64,000 nt of DNA from Antedon mediterranea. Its lineage: Eukaryota; Animalia; Echinodermata. How positions within the stretch are numbered: position 1 is the stretch's first letter; each line of letters starts with the position of its first letter. The stretch covers positions 10,225,812-10,289,811 of the forward strand of contig NC_092675.1 in the NCBI RefSeq assembly GCF_964355755.1. Direction: 5' to 3'. A program made the position numbers and the translations under genes. This document shows positions 42,734 to 55,137 of the stretch, one piece after another. The notes under the pieces are model-generated. The model worked only from the letters and a program-made list of their open reading frames with translations. It was not told where the DNA came from and made no database searches.

Positions 42734-43330
42734 ATCCACTACTTCCCTACGTTTTTTAGATCTTATTTAGGTTCACAAACTATATTTATTGTAAAAATAA
42801 TATTATATGGTCCTATTGCGATAACTTTTTTCGTCGTTAAACGGTAAAAAGTCGATTCTAATAATTATAGCGGCCCGCTATAAATCCCAAAATGCATTGC
42901 GCACCGATTGATATTTTTGTTTTTTTTCTGTAATTCACCCACTTTTTGATTGATCGTGAGGCCAAAACTAATGGAAGACTCCTAACTTTTTCAGCAAAAA
43001 TTTGTATCAACGAAGTCTGGCAAAAAATAGAAAGACAATTAAATGCAACTATACAATGTCAGGCTAGGTATATAGCTAGCGTACGATGTTCGTACGTTAC
43101 CGATGTTTACCAGCTTAAGGCCTAAAAAACTAAGCCTATAGCTAGGCTAGGCCTAAAGACCATCCACGAGAGGTCATTCGCTGTGAGCTACTTAGGTAGT
43201 GCATTATTTCTCACTTTTTATCATAATTTACCATAAAACTTACAATTAGGACAAGGAATGACCTGGTTTAATGTTTTTAAAGTAATATATGTATTATTTT
43301 TACAAAATGTCACAAATTGTAGGGAAGTCT
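42734..43330 (+). mobile_element. TTAA-flanked MITE family B, copy 1
   Basis: TTAA|ATCCACTACTTCCCTACG ... GTAGGGAAGTCT|TTAA; highly similar to 47332-47957. Confidence 0.85.
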
Positions 43331-44532
43331 TTAACTACATACATCAAATGCATTGTTTGGTGTACACTGATAGTATTAAAGATGATATGAAACGATTTTG
43401 AAAATTTAAATAAATTAGTGTTTATGAATCTGTCTAATGTAAATAACTAACACACCAGAAATTAGGTTTAAATACCTCATAAAACTCGAAAAATAAACAA
43501 ATTAAGTTTTAAAGAAAATCCTCCGGAAAATGGCCGACCAACTTGCACGCCATATTGGTTTTCACGATCGCTCTAAACACACGTACGTCCGATCACTCAG
43601 CTGATTTGAAATACCCGCGGTAGTAGCCACGGCAGCCGTTGTTATGTGATTGGTTACTCTTTTTCAACCTAGGCGAATCGTGATTGGTTGATTTAATGCA
43701 CTTTGACAGAGACACAGCGAGCTTGACGTTTCATGCATGACGACGAAAACAACATGTGCGACACAATCTCACCATCATTATTTTCGCAAGATGCCGAGTG
43801 CTTGTTGTATCGGACTGGATCAACACACCCAAATGTTTCTTTTTTTTTATTCCCCGACAAGTTAAAACGCAGTGAAACGTTTAATAAATGGACTGAATTT
43901 GTTAAGTTAACTAGAAAGGGGTATGTGTGGAAGCGGACTAACAGAATATGTAGCGCCCATTTTTTAAACGCGGACATCGACAATTTTTTCCATATTTCTG
44001 AAATGAAGAAGACGGGGGTGGTGGTAAAGCCGAGACTAAAAACGGATGCTTACCCCACCATAAAAGCTCCGGTAAGTGAGGAAGAAGGCCTACCACCCCA
44101 ACCCAAAAAACGGAAAGTGCGGCCTCGGACTGCGGCGTGTCGAAGACGCGAGGTTGAAAGGGTAAGAAATATTTTTATAAATTAAAATCCCCTGCGTGGA
44201 CGGTTGCCTACGTACGTAACGTTGTCGTTCAAATCTAGGCCTAGCCTGATTATACTATCATAATCGTTTGATTTAGTTTATGAAAATAATAATAAAATAT
44301 TTAAATTAAAATATTTCCTTTTAAATCTGTGGGCCCAGAGGCCCAGACTATCTAGGTAACTATATAGGTCCTCGTTGGTGAACCATTATACATAGGCCTA
44401 TTATTAGGCCTAGTGTAACCAGGGAGTTGTCCTGGTGTAACACTCTGACCATCATCAGGTCAACAACCCTTCAATCACTATTTCTCCCTACTCCATCTAT
44501 TAACATTCCTAGTGGTTTTTTCCTATCTCTAA

Positions 44533-45524
44533 GGGTATGTTCAGACCTACGGAGTTATGCTTTCGTATCACAGCCAAGGTCATATTTTAATGAGCGTCGT
44601 ATTGGAGCAAAGTGTTCGGATTCATTGCAACGAAGTTGCGTTACAAACGGATATGATGTCACTCGCTGGCGATTAACCAAACTCTAACACACGCATAGAC
44701 CTACCTTCGTTGTTATTAAAAGTAGTAGTGGTTGGTTTAGGAGTTACAAGCCTAGACCGAACACTTGGGCTCGGCATTATCGATTGGTTGTCAGGCATAC
44801 AAACCAGCCGATCGTTTTGGGGTTTGGGTTTATATTTGGTCTATGACCTAAAATATCATTTATGGCAGAAAAATGTTCAAATCCCGTACTTGCACCGGCT
44901 CCAGATTTATTTACTCGGTCTTTCGCCGCTTTATATGACGACCCCTTCAATTTCGTTTGGATATTAAATCCTTCTTTATGAGGATGGCCCATCTGCTAAC
45001 GTGTCCGCCATCTCGTTGAACACAGACATCTTGTTGTCGGTGCCTTTACGCCAGTTTTTCACTTCCAACCGATCTCTGAACTCAGGGCTTCCCCACAATG
45101 AAATAAGGTATTTTACTTCGGTTTCTCGCCAATGCGCACGCTTCGATGACATTTTAAATTAATTAATATAATAATATTAATAATAATACTGTATAGTGTA
45201 ACAACAAAAGGTATGATTTTTTCGCACGTTCACCGATCACAACAAATGGATCAGCTTGGCTATACGATGAGGAGCACATGTCACGATGTGATGTGGCGAA
45301 TATTGTAATTTGATTGGCTAGATATCTAACCTAGGTCATATTCATCGATGCGTGACTTTCGTATTGTAAGCGACGTCCACTAAACTCATACCTTGAGCTT
45401 TCGTAGCGTACGAAATATCAGTGTCGTACGAGGTGGCTTCCACTAATCTTTTCCTGGTTCAGACCTATGAACTTGTACGCCGCGTACAATACGAAAGCAT
45501 AACTCCGTAGGTCTGAACAGGCCC
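44533..45524 (-). mobile_element. Harbinger element remnant carrying the Myb/SANT (trihelix) gene fragment, in transposase intron 1
   Basis: TAA TSD and ~36-bp TIR GGG..TGTTCAGACCTACGGAGTTATGCTTTCGTAT. The minus strand from ATG 45152 reads MSSKRAHWRETEVKYLISLWG...VFNEMA, then after a frameshift IQTKLK..YKAAKDRVNKSGAG...HFSAINDILGHRP. Confidence 0.85.
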
Positions 45525-46262
45525 TAAGTACTCTTTGTTCACTGGCCTATAAAAACCCACATCCTTAATCAATTAGTGTTTCCTCCTCATCATCATCAAG
45601 GAATGTTCCCCCAGGCTTGGTATGTTAGTTTTAACAAAAACATTTTAAAAGTTTATTTTATAAAATTGTATGACAATTTTTTTAATTCACACCAGTTGAT
45701 AATTTTAATAATTGTTATTGCTAAGAATACCCAGGTAAGCCATGGAGGTACCTCCATGGAAGCTTGGCCTAGTCTAGACCTGGATACTGGTTAGTTCTGT
45801 TTTGTTATCATCAAGGAGCTTTGTTACCAAACAAAGAATGGAAAGTTTCCAACCTATGTATTCTTACTTTTCATTTTATATTTGATTTCAGATTCTGATT
45901 GAAGAAGAATTGCCTGGTACATCATCGGTATGTATTTTTTTTTATTATACCTGTATAAAAAGTTGGACCAGTCCCAATTTTAAAATGTGATAACGCATTG
46001 AATGCCTTAGTCAAAATTGGTGTAGTCTACCCTTTATTATTAATTATATGGATGTTGAAATATTTAAAATAGTTTACCTGTTAATCTTTTAATCTCTGTG
46101 TGTTAAAGCCATTAATTGAAATCATTAGTTGTCTACTTTGTGTATAAAGTAATTAAATTCAGATGTTGGTGAGTATTTACTACTGACCTATTGCATCGAT
46201 TTATTGATTTGCTCGTTATACAATTGTTTTTAAATATCTACTCAAGTGTGCAATTACTACTG

Positions 46263-46980
46263 GGGCCTGTTCGTAGGGGTTGAAAATACCAGCTTATTCC
46301 CGATTTCCGTTCGCGTGATCCAATTAACTTTTGCCTCAGGCTACAAAAAATTCGAGACAAAATGTTCACCAAATTTGCAGGTTATTTCAGCGATAATCCA
46401 ATTATACTCGGCCTTCGAGGATAATAAATCTCCGATAGAGGCAATGTGTCAAATTTTGACAAACGTTCGCTGCCTAGGCCCGTCATTTCTCCTACGAAGC
46501 TCTTCCATACACGCTTCGAGAGCGATCGTCAGCTGGTGCTGTCCTTGTTGGTGTAGACCGCTTAGGAATACACCCCGCTTAGTAGGCCTAGCTGGTCGGT
46601 GGTGTTTCCGTCGTGTAACATTGGGCTCAAATTCTTCGTCAATGAGTAAAATAATGGTCGTCAGGAGAAGGCATATTTCGCCAGGATTATCGGCGTTAAG
46701 AGGCATAAGGTTTGTCGCAAGGATAAGCAGTGTAAAAGGTAGCAAGTAATTGTTATTGTAAAGAAAGATCGCGAGTAAAAAATATACAACACGAAACTAG
46801 CGTGCGAAAATGGGGTCGTAGGTTGTAAAGACAACTGACCTTTAAACGTAATTTCCGGTTTGTGATTCGTCGATTAAGCATTTAAGCGGTTAAATATTTC
46901 AAGTACGAACAACGCTCAATTTATAACCCGAGGCATGGGTGAAATTAAGCGCTTACTTTTACCACCGTACGAACACGACC
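46263..46980. mobile_element. Harbinger-type non-autonomous element in transposase intron 2
   Basis: CTG TSD (46260-46262 and 46981-46983). Imperfect TIR GGGCCTGTTCGTAGGGGTTGAAAA vs GGTCGTGTTCGTACGGTGGTAAAA. GC-richer interior with an unassigned ORF (46449-46745, minus). Confidence 0.65.
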
Positions 46981-47331
46981 CTGTACATTTGTTTTTGTTT
47001 TTGTTTTTTTTCAATGTAAGTTAATTATGTAAGTTTTATCATCATTTACCCTTTATATGTTGTATATATTTGTATGGACGCACCACCGAAAGGTGTGTGC
47101 CACTGATTCGAAAGTGAGTACCAATAAATACTGAATAACTGAGTAAAAATAATCTGGTCACTAGATATGTTGTACTTTTAATCCAGGCCCAAGGACAGTG
47201 TCAACAGTCAGCAGGTATTAGATGTTGAAAAATAAACAAAGTCATTGTTTTGTTGGTTATGTAATAATACAGAAATATTAAGTCATGTTAAAATGATCAG
47301 TTCTTGTTCATGCATGTTTTTGTGGAGTTAA

Positions 47332-47957
47332 AGCCCCATTCCCTACGTTTTTTAGATCTAATTTAAGATCACAAACTATATTTAATGTAAAAATAATACT
47401 ATATGGTCCTATTGCGATAACTTTTTTCGTCTTTAAACGGTTAAAAATGTGAAAAATAAGTCGATTTTAATAATTATAGCGGCCCGCTATAAATCCCAAA
47501 ATGCATTGCGCGCGGATTGATATTTTTGTTTTTCACCTGTAATTCGCCAACTTTTCGATCGATCGTGAGGCCAAAACAAATGGAAGACTCCTAACTTTTC
47601 AGCGAAAATACCAAGTTTTCCCCAATTTGTATCAACGGAGTCTGGCAAAAATAGAAAGACAATTAATGCAGCAACTATACAACGTCAGGCTAGGTATATA
47701 GCTAGCGTACGATGTTCGTACGTTACCGATGTTTACCAGCTAGGCCTACAAAACTAAGCCTAGCCAGGCTAGGCCTAAGACCGTCCACGAGAGGTCGATC
47801 GCCGCGAGCTACTTAGGTAGTGCATTGTTTCTCACTTTTTATCATAATTTACCATAAAACGTACATTTAAGACAAGGAATGACATGGTTTAATGTTTTTA
47901 AAGTTATATATATGTATTATTTTCCAAAAAACGTCCAAAATTGCAGGGAAGGGGTCT
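47332..47957 (+). mobile_element. TTAA-flanked MITE family B, copy 2, in transposase intron 3
   Basis: TTAA|AGCCCCATTCCCTAC ... GCAGGGAAGGGGTCT|TTAA, 626 bp. Confidence 0.88.
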
Positions 47958-50433
47958 TTAATTATTTTTTTTGAAGCCATGTTCTGATCTGTTTTGCATG
48001 ATTTTACTGTTAATTTCCATCTTTTTTTTCATGAATAGCATGCAGTTCAGTAGACGTTGATCATTTCCATATTTCTATTGCAAACTACTTTGCATGATGA
48101 TTACATCATAACAATTATACACAGTACAAACACCATACCATTTACTTATATTTTTATCAAATAATTTGTTTTTTTAGAGCATGTACTTAAGCAAGTTTAT
48201 TAGGGAACATAAACCCCACCGTTACCCCTTTTTAAAAAATTATCTTTTTCATATTTCATGGTACCAAAAACAGACGACGCAGCGGTAACACACAAAATAA
48301 ATATAAATTTATAATTATATAACTTATATAATTTATTCAGTTTCCTCAAGTTTCGAAGAAACTGGGGGAAGCAGTAATGAAGACGGAGATAAACGTGACA
48401 TACATTTATACAAAGAAGCGGACAGTAACAGTGACCATGATGATGCGGATCCAAATTACATCCCTCATGAAGGATCATCTGATGAAGAATCACTGTAAGT
48501 TAAGCAACCTTCTTGAGTGATGTTTATAAATAAATATATACTGTACATTTATATTATTAAACAAACATTTCTTTTTTGTAGCACTGATAACATAGAATCT
48601 GGAGAGACTGTTCGTGGACAGAGGAAATATATTGTAGGTCAGGATGAGCTTCTGACATTGTTTGACAGATGTCGTGAATGTGGAAGTCAAGCCGACAAAA
48701 AAGAGAATGTGGAACGGCAGTGGAGGTGATGGCCACTTGCACAAACAGAGCATGTAGACATGTTTTTGAATGGTCAAACCAACCAAAAAGTGAAAATATG
48801 TTCCTATTCAACATTTTGTTGTCCGCTGCAATCTTGGTATCGGGTAAGACTTTCAAAAATATTTTTTTGTAATTCAATCTATTTTGATAATTTTTTTTAA
48901 AAATAATTATTTATAATCAAAACATACTTCAATCGTATTGACAAAGAATTCTTTTATTTCAAATTGTAGGATGTTGTATTACCAAGTTTTTGAGGGCACT
49001 CCGATTTATTAACATCGCTGTTTTTAGTGATCGGACATTTTTTTATCATCAAAAATGGTAAGTTCAACATTTCAATAATGTCTATGTAGCAATCTAATTT
49101 TGGAAAAAAATGGGTGTCTATTGATGTTAACAAATTATATGTTGCTATCTGAATTTTTATCTTCAAACAAAGTATTTTACTGTACAAAAATATTACTGAG
49201 TAGTGGTGTATTCTTTTTAAATATGTGACATAGTTAACTGAATATTATCTTCAATATATTATTTAGGTATTTGCTGCCAGCCACTTCATGTATATTTGGG
49301 GGTCAAAGAGAGAAACACTTTAAAAGTGAAATGAATGTATCTTGCGATATGCGTTGTGACAGCCCCGGTTTCACAGCTAAGTTCGGTACCTACACAACTA
49401 TCGATACAGACACTCAGAAAGTTTATTCACGTAGAAGTTGTGCAGGTATTTTTTTTTCATTTGTTGTTTATTTATAGCACCTCAAGGCTATAGGTCCAAT
49501 TTATAAATTAATAAATTGTTAGTTATACAGGTAAAAATAATAATTCAGATATAAAATTCAAAATAAAAAACCTAAATATATCGCAACATTATATTAACCC
49601 TTATCTTTATTAGAATCTATGTTATTTTTGTTCATTATTCAAAATTTTTACCCATAAATTTTTCAGCAATTTCTTACAAATTTTAAAGTCATTTATATAC
49701 AAATTTTACTAATACAGTACACCATAAACTAGACATGCTTTGAAAATAAATAATTTATAAATTTTTACTTAAATATTTCTATTATAGAAAGACGAATGCC
49801 CCAATTCACCAGCTATGGAGTTAGAAGGGCTGAAACGAACGCTGTCTGTTCTGCAAGGCTATGGTGTTACAATCAAGCGTCTTGTCTCGGATCGCCATAG
49901 TAGTATTGCAGCATTTTTAAAATCCACAACCATCATTCATTACTTTGATGCATGGCACATTGCCAAGGGTAAGTAATATGTCTTAATAGTTATTTTATTC
50001 AAATTACCACAAATAAAAGGAATCAATGTATGTCAAATGATGTAAAAAGGTACGACTTTTTTCGTCTTACTGTAATTTTGTTTTTTTTTATATATATTCA
50101 GGAATAAAGAAAAAATGCATAAAAGCCAGCAATAACAAAGAATTACTCCATGATGTGACAAAATTGGCAAATGGATACCATCCATTATCAGGATGGTATA
50201 TTGGATCGGAAATACCACACAAGAAACGGAGGACTTGAATGCCGATGGTGAACTGAGGAAGCAAAAATTCCAAAGCATATATAATCACATACGGGGTATT
50301 CATAATCACGAAACCACACTATATCCCAAATGCCTTCATGGAGGGCTGGAACCTCGAGACTACATTCAACCAAGTAAGTTGTAGTATTGATTTTGGTGAA
50401 GATTATTGACAGTTTTTTTTTATTTTGCTAAAA

Positions 50434-53210
50434 TTGGTTATCCGCACTTGGCGGATAACCTCTTGTTATTGTCAGGATCTTTTTTTTTTTTTTTTTTTTT
50501 TTCTTTATTAGTTATCCGCTTAGTAGCGGATAACTCCTTGTAATCGTCCTGTTTCATCAAATTTTTTTTTTCCTGTATTATACTTCTTTCTTTCTGTCAT
50601 TTTTGTGCGTCGCGTTTCTCTAAAACGTGTAAACAGAACATATCGTAACTTTGTCAACATATCGACATTTACATGAACTTGTGCACCTCCTATTTTTGAA
50701 TGACGTCAGAGTTGCGCAACGTGACTTACGCGCGATTTTATGAATTTCAATGATTGATCATAGACTAAAAACCAAACATAATTTTGTTTTGACACTTTGT
50801 GAAAATTTAAGTCATATCAAGCGCAAACTTTCTATGGATTAAAAATAGCATGTTTAACAAGAAGTTACGCGCGTACGCGCGTTTAAAACTTTAGAAAGCG
50901 AAAAATCAACTTCTGATCAACTTTCTATGCGTTTCATGTCATTTTGAGCATGTCAAAAATTCCCACGCGCGCGAAAATTTTTACGCACGCGGTGCACACG
51001 TAGCGTTAAAAACATATTTTTTTCGCGTGATTTATGTTTTTTCAGCCTTTTCTAGTAATGTTACCAAATTTTAAACAATTTCGACTTAAAATTACGTCAT
51101 ACGAGCACGTCGAATTAGATAATTTGCACGCGTTTTTGGTGAAAAAGTTCAAAAATTCGTCCAAATTATGCCTATTTTTAAACATTCATAGATTCTAAAC
51201 TACATGGGGAACTTTTTTTTAATTACATATTCTGGAAGTTGATGAGTTGTAGATATCGGATCATACATTAATATGGCTAACCGGACATTGTGACGTCATC
51301 GTATGGCCACGCGAATATAAAATATAGGATTTTTGTCTCTTTCGTCATAGCTCATCACATTTAATAGAGCGCATCTCCACTTATTCGTTGTCCATTTTCA
51401 CCCCGATTTTAATATATTCTAGGTCAATCAACTAACTTTTGCATGAATTAAAATTTTTTTAACGTCATCATGCCTAAAAATTTAAATTACTTTGGTCATT
51501 AATTTCATCTTTACAGTAAATTTTAATCTGTTATAGCTCGTAAGAATAAAATGTGATAATCACGATTAAAACGTTTTCAGGAAGCTATTGTATTGTAGAT
51601 ACAAAATCATGTGAAAATTGTGCCAATCGAATGTTGTGACGTCATCATATGGCCAGTTATATAAAAAAAGTCGTATTTTCATCTTTTGCGTTATATTTCA
51701 TTACATTTAAAAGAGCGTGCATCAATATTTCACGTATTCAAATTTCTTCTACACGTTAATATGTTGTTGCTGAGATAATTTCATTCTGAAATTTCTACTT
51801 TTGCATTTCATTTTGAAACCGTCAAGATGTTAAAAATTACAACAAAATACGGGTCCCGTAATTTCACCTATTTTACACCGTTTGTGATATGTATACAGAT
51901 TGTACTGTGTATACTATGTATATGACACAAAATAACAGAATTCAGAAATAACATATCATATTCTTCAGTTCAGGTCATAATGCCTTAATATTTTTCTGTG
52001 TGCAATATTCTAACGTATGACGTGCACGTGGCGTTTGTCGAGCGGATAACTAACTCGTCAAAGTGACGAGTTTCATGTCTAGTTCTTCTTTCTTTCCACG
52101 ATTTTTGTTCGCAGCGTATCTCTAATTCTAGCTAACATAAGATTCTATAACTTTGTCATAAGATTGCCCTGTAGCTGTAGATGTGCAAGAAACTTTTTTT
52201 AATGAATTTCGAGTCGCGCAGCGTAAGTTACGCGCGATTTTATGAATTTAAATGATTGATCATAGATTAAAAACCAAAAGTCATTTTGTATTGAAACTTG
52301 GTGAAAATTTAAGTTATATAATGCGCAAACTTTCTATGGATTAAAAATGGCATGTTTCACATAAAGTTACGCGCGCACGCGCGTTCAAAATTTCAAAATG
52401 CGCAAAATTCATTTCTAATCAACTTTCTACGCGTTTCATGTCATTTTGTGCATTTCAAAAATTCCCACGCGTGCGCAATATTTTTACGCGCGCGTGCGCA
52501 CGTAGCGCAAAAACGTCTTTTTTTTGCTTGATTTTTGTTTTTTCAGCATTCTCTAGTAATTTTACCAACTTTCAAACAATTTCGACTTAAAATCACGTCA
52601 TACGAGCACGTAGAATTGGATAATTTGCACGCGTTTTTTATGAAAAAGTTAAAAAATTCGTCAAAATTAGACCTTTATTTAAACAGTCATAAATTCTAAA
52701 CTACGTGGTGAACTTTTTTTTAAATTACATATTCTGGAAGTAGATGAGTTGTAGATATCGAATCATGCATAAATATGGCTAACCGGACATTGTGACGTCA
52801 TCGTATGGCCACTCGAATATAAAATATAGGATTTTTGTCTCTTTCCTCGTAGCTCGTCACATTTAATATAGCGCATCTCCACTTATTTGTATTCCATTTC
52901 CCCCCATTTGTTTATGTTGTCTAGGTCAATCAATTATCTTTCGCACGATTCACCATTTTAAAAATTGTGATGACGTCATCATGTTCAAAAGCGCCAATAA
53001 CTTTGGTCACTTATTTTCACATATTCTGCACTGTATGTAGTACGTATACAGTATAGTGTATACTCAGACGTGACGAAAAATAGAGAGCACACTGAAATTG
53101 TTTCAATGCCTTAATCGTTTTTCTGCGCGCAATATTCTAACGTATGACGTGCACGTGGCCTTTGCGCTGCGGATAACCTAACTCGTCCGTAGTGACGAGT
53201 TCAAATCTAG
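50434..53210 (+). mobile_element. Helentron/Helitron2-type non-autonomous element (outer copy) in transposase intron 9
   Basis: 5' palindrome GGTTATCCGC..GCGGATAACC. At the 3' end, the IR TGCGGATAACC, hairpin AACTCGTC...GACGAGTT and CTAG|T. The body at 52083-53210 is homologous to 50580-52082. Confidence 0.75.
50508..52082 (+). mobile_element. Related Helentron-type element (inner copy) inserted in the T-tract of the outer copy
   Basis: Sub-terminal IR TTAGTTATCCGCT / AGCGGATAACTAA (13 bp perfect), hairpin AACTCGTCA-AAG-TGACGAGTT and CTAG|T. Confidence 0.75.
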
Positions 53211-55137
53211 TTTATATTTTTTTTTTCCAGATTCAAAAGCGGAAGAAGTAGTTTCAAACATCCTGAATTCACCTTATTTGTTGAGATCTATTAAGCAGTT
53301 GTCACCGACTATCCAGACCTATTCAAATGAATCGTTTCATCAAATTATTAATCATTTTGCGCCAAAAATGCACCATTTCCGATTTAAGGGCATGCTTGCA
53401 AGGTATAATTTGATAGAATAGCATATTGTATAATTTAATGATAGAGAACCAATTAAGTAAGGTCTTTATAATCTATGATTTACACTAATTAAGCCTGAAG
53501 CCTTTAACAATCAATGTAATGTGTTGTAATTCTATATTGTGCATTTACTTCAGAACCTACCTTGCAGCCTTGCATTGAGATGTTGGCAGGCCACAAAGGG
53601 TCAACAAAAAAGGGGACACAGAACACTCTTTGTGGTATTCCCAGGCAAAAAAGGACTGGATGGCCAAAAAACATCTTGTTGATCCCACATTTGGTAAGGA
53701 CCAGTTACTATTAATTGTTACTAAGTTATGCCATAATTGAAAGTGTTTGTAAGCAAAATGTGGAACTAATTTATAAAATAGTTAAATATCCTATTACATT
53801 AAACAGTAATATGTTTGTCTTTGCAGTTTATGCCATCAACACCATTGAAATGGCGATGTATATGGCCAAAACTAATACAAAAGGATCATATTACACGGCA
53901 GAAATGATGTGTGATCCTGGTACAATTACAGAAAAACTGCCAAAACCAGACAAGACAGACTTTGTTGCAAAGTTAATCTCTAGATTTAAGCATTAACTTT
54001 ACACTGCTTCACAGAACTTGTGTCATAAATTTAGAATATTTTTATTTTATCACTACCTTGATCACTGATTTTATATCTCGGAGAAAAAGAATTGTTTAGT
54101 TGTTAATTTATTCCTTTGTTTTAGTTCATTGTATTTTGTTCATTGTATTTTGACATGCATGCTTCTGTTGTTCACAAAAAAAAACCAGGTATTTATTCAT
54201 AAGGTAACTACTGTACATTTATTCTTATACGGCAGGAACTACTGTACATAGATTTGTATTTATATGGAGTGTTAATTCATAAAATAAACTAAACTAGTCT
54301 TCATCCAATCGAGGATATGTAAATCCTGTATATTTTGTTCAGGGTCAGGAAAAGCTTCTCTGATTTTATTTATTACACAGGATGTAATTGGGACACGCCT
54401 GTCTCGCCCAAGATACCTCCAACACCAACGCACAAACTGTCGATACGCTGTATACCTGTATTTCCTGTGCAAACAAAAATAACTTGTAGAAAATGATTTT
54501 TTGAATAAAAATAAAGGCAAATCAGTTACAAATTACTACTACTACTACTGCAAAAACATGGTGTTTACCTTTCTTTTCTTCCTTCCACAACGAGTTCATC
54601 ATATTGAGATGCATACTGCCAATACGCAATTTGGAGGGTTGCCGGATTAAGAATGGCAGCTTGGAACCAGGGATGGGTGGTGATACATCCATTATGTTCA
54701 TTTTCCTTATTTTTATCCATTATTTTCTCTACCTGTTTATTTTTTAAAAAAAGGTGATATTTTCACTAATGGAATTTATTTACTATCAATCATACAAAAT
54801 GTATGGTTATGACAGTTTTAATATGGAGCAATTTTATTTTAATACATAATTTAACACTGCTTACTTCTTGACAACAATATCTATTTTCCCACATCTCCTC
54901 TACAACACAGTTTCCACACCCACACCTGTTGTAGAAAAAGAAGGAATATGAATATGATTATTATGTTGTTAGAATGTCTCACTTCTTAAAATATGAAGGT
55001 CTAGGCCTAGTTAGGCTAGTAGACTAGTTAGTAGTACGCTTACTACTTACTAGCCCTAAAATAAAGCATTAATATATTACTATATACTAGCTAGGCCTAG
55101 TCCTAATTAATACTAGGCCTATATGCTAGGCCTACTA

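Larger units (their letters stand above)
43791..53996 (+). pseudogene. Kolobok THAP + DDE transposase, 12 exons (43791-44161, 45892-45927, 47187-47214, 48341-48494, 48582-48843, 48970-49057, 49267-49445, 49788-49968, 50102-50373, 53231-53402, 53554-53693, 53827-53996), frameshifted
   Basis: THAP domain (MPSACC...SFFLFP...W...R...ICSAHF...LKTDAYPT). Zn-type segment KYIV..ELLTLFDRCRECG...C...C.H.FEWSNQP...NILLSAAILVSG. Catalytic motifs CDMRCDSPGFTAKFGTYT, LVSDRH...DAWHIAK and QTYSNESFHQIINHFAPK. Frameshifts in exons 1, 5, 7 and 9, and a TGA at 53576-53578. Exon 3 is the least certain. Confidence 0.88.

Noticed and set aside
43733-44185. Stand-alone host THAP gene as given by the ORF track
   Set aside because: It has a splice donor at 44162 and continues into DDE exons; the likely true start is ATG 43791 in another frame.
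42734-47957. LTR retrotransposon defined by two ~600-bp direct repeats
   Set aside because: Each copy has its own TTAA flanks and TIRs, there are no TG...CA ends or gag/pol, and the pair straddles the Kolobok boundary.
54272-54520. Bona fide P2X7 receptor gene
   Set aside because: Only the ballast-like domain is present, with no channel exons, and it lies inside transposon TIRs.
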